Positions 57,012 through 64,000 of a stretch of 64,000 nucleotides of DNA are shown here, piece after piece; the stretch's first letter is position 1; each line of letters opens with the position of its first letter. Below the pieces are notes generated by a model that was not told the origin of the DNA, ran no database searches, and saw only the letters and a list, made by a program, of their open reading frames with translations. Location: positions 544,001 to 608,000 of the forward strand of contig CBDAOY010000009.1 of NCBI GenBank assembly GCA_965198225.1, given 5' to 3'. The translations under genes and the position numbers were made by a program. The DNA comes from Terriglobia bacterium (GTDB lineage: Bacteria; Acidobacteriota; Terriglobia; 20CM-2-55-15).

Positions 57012-59870
57012 CCACCTCGCTCCCAGCCGGAAGATCCGGCCCGGAACGAGCTGGGTCGGCCTCTGGAAGGTGGATCCGGAGCGGAGGTTCAGCGCGACCG
57101 GAGCCGACGTGTTCAGCGTGTTGAACAGGTCGAACATGGCGTCCAGGCTGTGCCGGTCGCCCATCTGAAACCTCTTCTGGATACGAAGGTCCAAGAGGTT
57201 TATCTTGGGCGTCTTGTACGTGTCCCGCTCGATGAAGATCCGTTGCGAGCTGTTGTTCGCGTCCCGGAGCCGCACCTCCCGTCCGTAGGGTTGGCCGCTC
57301 TGCGACTTGAAGATGCCGCTGAACTGCATCCCGTACGGCAGCTGGTAGATGCCGTTCACCTTGAAGCTCCACTCCCAGATGCGCAGCGAGGGGTCGTACA
57401 GCTCTTCGTTCGGGTTGTCCGGCATGTCGATACTGCAGTTGAACCCGCTGAAGGTGCTGAATCGCTGGCGCGTGCAGCGTTCCTGCCGGTAGTCCTGGGT
57501 CCAGCTGACCATGAACTGGTGACCGTCCGACATCCGCTTGTTGAGCGTCGCTTCATACCCGAGGTAAGCGCTGCGTCTGCCGGGGTAGTTCGTCCGGTAG
57601 TCGATCCTCTCCCCGAAATTGGGATGACTCCGGGGAACCGACCAGATCTCATAGTCCTGACCTTCGAATTGCCGGGTGATGCTCTCGGTGTAGGCCTCGT
57701 AGGGCAGCGCCAGGTTGATCGTCTGAATGCCATCCCGGTCCAACTTCCGGACGACGTTGACCCGGCCCGCATAGTCATTGCCGAGCTGGAAGTCCAGTCC
57801 CAAGGCGAACTCATCCACGAAGTCGTTCTTAATGTCGGGGTCAAACCTGCGGTCCCGAGCCTGGGAGGTGGAGATCCTCGCGCGTTCATCCGGGACGTAA
57901 GGGATTGTCCCGTCCCAGGCCGCCGCGTCGGGCACGCCCGCCGGACACGCACCGATCGCGCAGTATCGCTTCTCTTCCCCGCCAAATCTGCCGGGGTTGA
58001 GGTCATAGGCGAGACCACGGCCCATATCTCCATAGTAACGCCCGTAACTCCCCTTTAACGCCAGGACGCCGTCACCGGTGAGATCCAATACGAAACCCAG
58101 GCGTGGGACCCAGTTGTAAAACGCCGGGAAATCATCACGGGCCGGAATCGTAAACGCCTCCGCGTAGGGTCCGAGCCCAGCGTTGCCCTGTGCCGGATAG
58201 CGGCTGTCGTAGGTGTCTAAGCGGAGACCCCAGTTGAAGGTGAAGCGGGGTACGATGTTCCAGCGGTCGTTGATGTAGAAGTTGTTGCTGGTCGAGACCG
58301 TGTCGTGCCGGTACGGCGTGTTGTGGACGGTCACGCGATTCGGCTGGACGAAGAAGGCGAACGCCTCCGGCCACCCGGCCTTGGGATCCGCCTCGTCCCC
58401 GTTGCTCCGGTAGTCGTACTCCTGGTGCGTGGAGAAGCCCAGGACGCTGTCCTGGTAGTGGTAGTACCAGCCGCCCCAGCCGAACTTGAACTCGTGGTTG
58501 CCCTGGCCGGCGTCCGTGAAGAGGCTGAGCGTCGTGTTCCACTGCCAGCGGGTCGGCTTGGAGTAGTTCTCGTTCAAAGAGCCACGCGTGTAGCCGGTCG
58601 TGAGATCCGTCTGCAACGGAAGGTCTCGCGTGTTGGCGTAGGACGGCCACCAGTAACCCCACCGGGAGAACTGCACGTCCAGGGTGGCGTTCGGCGAAAG
58701 GATCGACTGCCACTTGGCGTTGCCCAGCATGGACCAGGACTTCTGGTCGCGTGCCGCTTCGGCCGGCCGGAACGCGTTGGACGAACGATACGGCTGGTGT
58801 TTCCAGCCGAACTCTCCCATCGTCTCCAGCTTGTTGTTGTCGGTGATCTGGAACGTGAACTTGTAGGTGGGGTCCGCGATTCGAGTGTAATAGTCGACAA
58901 CATTGCCGGCTTCATCGGTGAGCCCATCGATGGGTTCCCCGTTGTAGGCGTCATAGTGGGAGACGTAGTACCAGATCCGGTCCCGGATGATGGGGCCGCC
59001 GATCTCGCCGTTGTGGCTGTGGTAGCGGGAGAACTTCCGGCCTTCCACGCCCTGGGCGGCGAGTTCGTCAGTGAGGTTGCTCGACTGGAACGTGTCGTTC
59101 TCGTAGTCGCTGTAGATGTAGCCGTGGACGTCGTTCGTTCCGCTGCGGACCACGGCGTTGAAGTACACCCCCGGGTTGGGCACGTCGGCGCCCTTACCGG
59201 CCGGCACGATCTGGATTTCCGAGTAGGCGCCGAAGTTCGTGTAGTGGCCGCCTGTGTAGACCCCGTCGGTCAGGAAGTACGTATCGCCCGAACGTCCATA
59301 GGCGCGGAAGCTGCCTTGGGTACCGGTTCCCACTCCGGAGCCCCCGACGTCGATCGCGCGAGCATAGAAGCCCGGAACGTTGGTCATCAGGGACCGCAGG
59401 GTGCGGCCGCTGGGCAGCTCTTCGAGCAAGGCCTCGTCAAAGTTTGTCTGGACCTGTGCCGATTCCAGGTCGACGGCGGGAGATTCACCCGTCACGGTGA
59501 TGGTCTCGGCCACCGTGGCGACTTCGAGGGTCGCGTCGATGGTCACTGTGCTCCCGGCCGTCACTCGAATCTCTTCGCGAATCAGAGTGGCGAACCCGGG
59601 CAGGGCAAAGGTGACGGTGTACAGGCCCGGAGTCAGCAACGTAAAGCGGTAGACACCGGACTCGTTGGTGATGGCGTTCCGGTCGCCACCGGGCATGACG
59701 TTACTGGAGATGGTCACGTCGACGCCCGGTATCAGGGCTCCGGATGCGTCCATCCCACGGCCGGTGATCACGCCGACCGCCGCCTGCGGCAGTGCCGGCG
59801 TGGCGGCGAGCGTCACGAACATCAAGACGCCTAACGTCATTACTAGGCTCTTGCGAATTCTGTCTTTCAT
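57003..59870 (-). CDS. Oar-like TonB-dependent receptor (intact)
   Basis: Signal peptide, GVYRFTLLTPGLY, ETITVTGESPAVD, IGGPIIRDRIW and terminal LGARWTF; GGAGGA SD. Confidence 0.9.
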   Translation of the reverse strand: MKDRIRKSLVMTLGVLMFVTLAATPALPQAAVGVITGRGMDASGALIPGVDVTISSNVMPGGDRNAITNESGVYRFTLLTPGLYTVTFALPGFATLIREEIRVTAGSTVTIDATLEVATVAETITVTGESPAVDLESAQVQTNFDEALLEELPSGRTLRSLMTNVPGFYARAIDVGGSGVGTGTQGSFRAYGRSGDTYFLTDGVYTGGHYTNFGAYSEIQIVPAGKGADVPNPGVYFNAVVRSGTNDVHGYIYSDYENDTFQSSNLTDELAAQGVEGRKFSRYHSHNGEIGGPIIRDRIWYYVSHYDAYNGEPIDGLTDEAGNVVDYYTRIADPTYKFTFQITDNNKLETMGEFGWKHQPYRSSNAFRPAEAARDQKSWSMLGNAKWQSILSPNATLDVQFSRWGYWWPSYANTRDLPLQTDLTTGYTRGSLNENYSKPTRWQWNTTLSLFTDAGQGNHEFKFGWGGWYYHYQDSVLGFSTHQEYDYRSNGDEADPKAGWPEAFAFFVQPNRVTVHNTPYRHDTVSTSNNFYINDRWNIVPRFTFNWGLRLDTYDSRYPAQGNAGLGPYAEAFTIPARDDFPAFYNWVPRLGFVLDLTGDGVLALKGSYGRYYGDMGRGLAYDLNPGRFGGEEKRYCAIGACPAGVPDAAAWDGTIPYVPDERARISTSQARDRRFDPDIKNDFVDEFALGLDFQLGNDYAGRVNVVRKLDRDGIQTINLALPYEAYTESITRQFEGQDYEIWSVPRSHPNFGERIDYRTNYPGRRSAYLGYEATLNKRMSDGHQFMVSWTQDYRQERCTRQRFSTFSGFNCSIDMPDNPNEELYDPSLRIWEWSFKVNGIYQLPYGMQFSGIFKSQSGQPYGREVRLRDANNSSQRIFIERDTYKTPKINLLDLRIQKRFQMGDRHSLDAMFDLFNTLNTSAPVALNLRSGSTFQRPTQLVPGRIFRLGARWTF

Positions 59871-60183
59871 ACTTTCCTCCACTGCCTCAACAAACGGGAA
59901 GGGCAGTAATAGAAGTGAAGTAGCACAGCATGCACCTGTTTACTGCGTACTTCAGGCATGCTGTTGGTATACAGATCTGTTGGCCGCATTTAATACCGAC
60001 CGGGGGCGGGTGTCAAATCATTTTTGAGGCCGAAATGTCAGTAGTTTAGGGGGAATCTGGAACCACTTCGGCGAGCCCGAAGCTGGAGAATGGCCGGGGA
60101 CAGGGGCATGGCCCGTTGGTGACCAAGCGGAAGCGGCGGTTCGGGGGGCGCCGCTATATCCATGTATCTAATACAAACTATTA

Positions 60184-60402
60184 CTAATTCTGCATCCCGC
60201 ACATACCCGGCTGGGGTGCGCCACAAGTCCCGCAGCCCTCCTGCAGGGACTCACCCGACCCTCCCGAGACGGCAAAGACCGACAGTTGTTTCTCGACCTT
60301 CGGGCTACTGCAGCTCTTGCACTCGACCGCGGTCGTGCTGGTCGGAACGATCTTCTCGAACTGCAGGCCACAGTCGCTGCACGCGTATTCAAACAGAGGC
60401 AT
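60184..60402 (-). CDS. FmdB-family zinc ribbon protein
   Basis: MPLFEYACSDCG..FE..ECKSCSS. Confidence 0.88.
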   Translation of the reverse strand: MPLFEYACSDCGLQFEKIVPTSTTAVECKSCSSPKVEKQLSVFAVSGGSGESLQEGCGTCGAPQPGMCGMQN

Positions 60403-60411
60403 CAGTAACTC

Positions 60412-61506
60412 CTAATCCACCCAGTCGGCGATAAAAACGTTGGTTTCACCCGGGTTTGCCGAGAAACGGTTTGAAGCCCAGATCAGTTTCGAACCATCCG
60501 GGCTGAACATCGGGAACCCGTCGAAGGCCGTGTCGAAGGTCACGCGTTCGAGGCCCGTGCCGTCCAGGTTGATCATGTAGAGCTCGAAGTTCGGCACACG
60601 GGGGTTCTCATTGTCCATGTCGGAAGCAAAGATGATCTTCTCGCCGCTCGGATGGAAGAACGGCGCCCAGTTCGCACCGCCGTGAGACGTAATCTGTCGC
60701 TTCTCACTGCCGTCGGCGCGCATGATGAATATCTCCAGCTCGTTCGGCGCCACGAGATCCTGCGCGATCAATTCCTCGTATGCAGCGACCTCCGCGGGAT
60801 CGGAGGGATGTTTCGCCCGGTAGATAATCCACTGGCTGTCGGGCGAGAAGAACGCGCCGCCGTCGTATCCGAGTTCGTCCGTCAGCCGCGTCTGTTCGCT
60901 CCCGTCGATGTTCATCGTGTAGATTTCCAGGTCGCCATCGCGCGTCGAGGTGAACACGATCTTCGCTCCGTCGGGAGAAATCGTCCCTTCGGCGTCGTAG
61001 CCGTCGGCGTCGGTCAGGCGCCGGAGTTCCGTTCCATCCGGATTGGCCGAGAAGATGTCGAACGTACGGTACAGCGGCCAGAGGTATCCCAGCGACCGGT
61101 CGGGCACGGGAGGGCATTCCGGGGCTCCGAGGTGCGTCGAGGCGTAGATGATGCGCTGCCCGTCCGGAGTGTAGTAGCCACAGGTCGTTCTTCCTTCGCC
61201 GGTGCTGACAGGCGTGAGTTCCGATCCGTCGGTCCGCATCGTGAACTGCTGGTCGCACTGGTACGGCTCCCTCGTGGACTGGAAAATGATGTGCTGGCCG
61301 TCGAAGGAGAAATATGCCTCCGCGTTCTCGCCACCGAACGTCAGTTGCCGCGGGTTCCGGATATGGCCTTCATCGGGGTGGGCCGAAACCGGTCTGGCTG
61401 GAGCGGCGGCCGGCTCCACTTCCGGGGGCGCCTCTTCAGCCGGCGCACACCCGGCGAGGAGTATCGTCGTCGCAGCGACCGCCAGCAGCCGGTTCGAACG
61501 GATCAT
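60412..61506 (-). CDS. TolB-like PD40-repeat lipoprotein
   Basis: Lipobox LAGC; repeated FSPDG..IVFTSTRDG..IYTM. Confidence 0.88.
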   Translation of the reverse strand: MIRSNRLLAVAATTILLAGCAPAEEAPPEVEPAAAPARPVSAHPDEGHIRNPRQLTFGGENAEAYFSFDGQHIIFQSTREPYQCDQQFTMRTDGSELTPVSTGEGRTTCGYYTPDGQRIIYASTHLGAPECPPVPDRSLGYLWPLYRTFDIFSANPDGTELRRLTDADGYDAEGTISPDGAKIVFTSTRDGDLEIYTMNIDGSEQTRLTDELGYDGGAFFSPDSQWIIYRAKHPSDPAEVAAYEELIAQDLVAPNELEIFIMRADGSEKRQITSHGGANWAPFFHPSGEKIIFASDMDNENPRVPNFELYMINLDGTGLERVTFDTAFDGFPMFSPDGSKLIWASNRFSANPGETNVFIADWVD

Positions 61507-63362
61507 TGTCGTGCCTCCAGGAGTACTTCGGCGCTCAGCGTCTCGCCGCCGCGCTCGACGACGACGACGACGACGTCGCCGGGCTTGTGTGCGCGGAGCG
61601 CATAGGTAAAGTCATACAGGTTCTGGATCGTCTGGCCCCCGAACTCCACCATCAGGTCGCCCGCCACGAAACCGGCCTTGCCTGCGGGACTTCCCGCCCG
61701 GACGTCGGCAAACAGGACCCCATCCAGATCGTCGCGGAAGTCCGGAATCGACCCGAAGTAGGGACCGTATCCTCCTCCGCTTCCGCTGACGGGCCGTGCC
61801 TCGAGGACCTCCGTGTAGAGCGGCCGTTCGACGGCACCTGCCAGGTGGTCGATCATGTTGTAGGCCAGCATGAGGACGTTGCGGGCGCCTTCCGCGTTGA
61901 TCTTCTCGGAGGTGTCCGACGGACGGTGGTAGTCGCTGTGCAGACCGGAAAAGAAGAAGAGTACCGGGATATTCTTGATGTTGAACGAGGTGTGGTCGCT
62001 CGAGCCGCTTCCGGATTCGGAATAGTCCAGGGTCAGGCCGATCGGTTCATTGAAGCGATCGAGGAGGCTCTCGAAGTCCGGGGACGTCCCGACGCCTCCA
62101 ACGAACACCCGGTTGTTGTTCAGTCGGCCGATCATGTCGAAATTCAACATGGCGACGGCGTTCTCGAGCTCGATGGTCGGATAGTTGACGAAGTGGTTCG
62201 AGCCGAACAGTCCCAATTCCTCGCCGGCGAACGCCATAAACAGTACAGACCGGTCCAGCCCGCCCCGGTTCTCCGAGATGACACGGGCCAGCTCGAGAAT
62301 GCCGGCCGTTCCCGAAGCATTGTCGTCGGCTCCGTTGTGAATCTGTCCCGCGGCGCTCCGTTCCATCGAATACTCGCCGCCCAGGCCCAGGTGGTCGTAG
62401 TGGGCCCCCAGGATGATCCATTCGCTCTTCAGCTCCGGGTTCGTCCCTGTGATTGCCCCGATGACGTTGCGGACGGGCCTGCGCGCCCGGGTCACGTCGG
62501 AAACCAGGCGTGTTTCGCTGCCCTCCAGTTCGAAGGATCGTGACTCCAGTTCCGTGTCGATTTCACGTTGGATGTCGGGCAGGCTGTATCCTGATTTCTC
62601 GAAATAGGAGAGGACCGGTTCGGATCGGACATAGGCGGCTGCAATCCCCGAATTGTCTTTTTCCGAACGGGCCGTCGTCGACTGCAGTGCCTCTTCGTCG
62701 GGAGTGTGGTTGTTCGGGTCCAGGACAAAGATGATGCCTGTCGCCCCGTGTTGTTTCGCGTTGATTGCCTTGTTCATGAACGACGCGTGGCTGGTCATCT
62801 CCGTGCCGTTGAACGGGCTGTCGGCGTCCATTTCCTGCGGTTCGTGGCGGAAGGCAACGACGATCTTGTCCCTCACATCGACGCCGCGGTAGTCGTCCCA
62901 GTGCATTTCGGGTGCGGTGATGCCGTAGCCCACGAACACGAGAGGTGCGGTGACTTCCAGTGCCGTCGAAAACCGCATCGGTCGGAAGTCCTCGTTGAAG
63001 AGCAGTGTTTCGGTGCCCAGAACCAGTTCGTTACCATCCCCAACCTCTGCGTCGGTGATGACCTCCAGCGTCTGGAAGTAGGATCCGTTCTCGCCGGAGG
63101 GCTGAAGGCCGCGAATCCGGAACTGCGCCGCGACGTAATCGGCAGCTGCCTCGAGTTGCGGGCTGCCGTTGCCACGTCCACCCATGTCGTCGCTCGCCAG
63201 GTAATCCACGTGAGCGGCATATCGATCGATCGAAATGCCTCCCGCGGCCCCATCCGCAGTCTCCAAAGCCGGCCCTGTCGAAATCAGGCCGCTCAGGTAG
63301 AAGGACGGGATGGCGAGAAATGCCGCCAGGAGTGCGGCGACGGGGTAATGACGTTTTTCCAT
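61503..63362 (-). CDS. M28 peptidase with PA and PDZ domains
   Basis: GAHYDHLG, NGADDNASG, GEELGL, NFDMIG, SDH, YH and C-terminal GSPAGKAG. Confidence 0.92.
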   Translation of the reverse strand: MEKRHYPVAALLAAFLAIPSFYLSGLISTGPALETADGAAGGISIDRYAAHVDYLASDDMGGRGNGSPQLEAAADYVAAQFRIRGLQPSGENGSYFQTLEVITDAEVGDGNELVLGTETLLFNEDFRPMRFSTALEVTAPLVFVGYGITAPEMHWDDYRGVDVRDKIVVAFRHEPQEMDADSPFNGTEMTSHASFMNKAINAKQHGATGIIFVLDPNNHTPDEEALQSTTARSEKDNSGIAAAYVRSEPVLSYFEKSGYSLPDIQREIDTELESRSFELEGSETRLVSDVTRARRPVRNVIGAITGTNPELKSEWIILGAHYDHLGLGGEYSMERSAAGQIHNGADDNASGTAGILELARVISENRGGLDRSVLFMAFAGEELGLFGSNHFVNYPTIELENAVAMLNFDMIGRLNNNRVFVGGVGTSPDFESLLDRFNEPIGLTLDYSESGSGSSDHTSFNIKNIPVLFFFSGLHSDYHRPSDTSEKINAEGARNVLMLAYNMIDHLAGAVERPLYTEVLEARPVSGSGGGYGPYFGSIPDFRDDLDGVLFADVRAGSPAGKAGFVAGDLMVEFGGQTIQNLYDFTYALRAHKPGDVVVVVVERGGETLSAEVLLEARQ

Positions 63363-63413
63363 GGGGATACCTTATTACAGAGGATTAAACCGAGCGAAAG
63401 ACAGGTTCTAAGA

Positions 63414-63590
63414 AATCCGCTAAATCCGCGCAATCCGTGGCTGGATTTGTTCGTGCAATCCCGTGCCTGGACTAGCCGTAAGCCACTGATTACCCGGATA
63501 TGAAAGCCACGGATTAAACAGATTGCACGGATTGGAAGAAGCCTGTGGTTTGCTGTCCGAAAGACATGTGATCCGCTAAATCCGTGTTTC
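63414..63590. repeat. Intergenic inverted element made of AATCCGTG-type short repeats
   Basis: AATCCGCGCAATCCGTGGCT opposed by AGCCACGGATT..GCACGGATT; same motif family as in 56424-57011. Confidence 0.6.
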
Positions 63591-63639
63591 GTCATGATAG
63601 CGGGAATCAGCACGGTCGCGCAACACACGGAACGGTCTC

Positions 63640-63948
63640 TCAGAAAGCGTCCTGGCCGGCCTGATCGAGAAGCGAGATGACGCCCGCTTCCTCGAATTCA
63701 GCGAAGGTCTCAGGATGTTTCTCGATCAGGACGAGAACGGCGCGCGTCGCCAGGTGCCGGAGGAAGAGGCCGTATGGGACCATGAAGCCGAAAACGACGA
63801 AACTGGCCACGTAATAGCCCTTCCAGACCAGAGCCAGAGGGACGGCGATGAACAGCAGCATCAGTCGATGCAGCAGAGCCCCCGAAACTGCGTTGGTTCT
63901 CCACCAGTACGAGGCTTCGTTTGCGACGACCTCAAACTGCCGCGACAT
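63640..63948 (-). CDS. Small hypothetical membrane protein
   Basis: 102 aa with two hydrophobic segments; AGGTGG SD; co-oriented with the peptidase. Confidence 0.6.
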   Translation of the reverse strand: MSRQFEVVANEASYWWRTNAVSGALLHRLMLLFIAVPLALVWKGYYVASFVVFGFMVPYGLFLRHLATRAVLVLIEKHPETFAEFEEAGVISLLDQAGQDAF

Positions 63949-64000
63949 CCACCTGAGCCCCTTGGCCCCAGTAGACCTTCAGATCGCGGATTCCGGTCAT

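Noticed and set aside
60020-60160. tRNA or structured ncRNA between fmdB and the receptor
   Set aside because: No cloverleaf or T-loop signature; only a weak hairpin

Overview
GC-rich bacterial DNA, most consistent with Acidobacteriota (inferred from an ADOP-type duplicated orphan permease, Oar-like TonB-dependent receptors and short flagellins with a DRALTLASQ..SDTFTG segment). 1-23 kb is a late flagellar locus: flgK-flgL-fliW-csrA, three near-identical 275-aa flagellins around fliD-fliS-(FliT/FlgN-like), a flagellin glycosylation/nonulosonic-acid cluster interrupted by a GAF hybrid kinase, and flbD-motA-motB. It has sigma28-type promoters and CsrA-type GGA hairpins. At 23.2-24.2 kb is a 380-bp-period array encoding three copies of a 44-aa Cys4 mini-protein that the ORF track misses. 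29.5-43.3 kb is the most unusual block. A TonB receptor and a YfiR-like protein lead into cheA (with a MshEN-like motif), cheW, an MCP, cheR, cheD, cheY and cheX, with no cheB. A convergent cheY plus double-CheX-like pair follows, and a PLP amino-acid decarboxylase plus membrane protein is transcribed divergently from a sigma28-like promoter. 44-64 kb holds CapA, VapBC, a Tat-signal Cys-less racemase homolog, a serine hydrolase, two paralogous Oar-like receptors flanking two RnfD/NqrB-like Sel1-repeat proteins, and an M28 peptidase-TolB-like-FmdB operon. Five genes (fliD, MCP, cheR, cheD, one receptor) are broken by small duplications or insertions that may be assembly artefacts. All calls come from reading motifs by eye; no searches were run.
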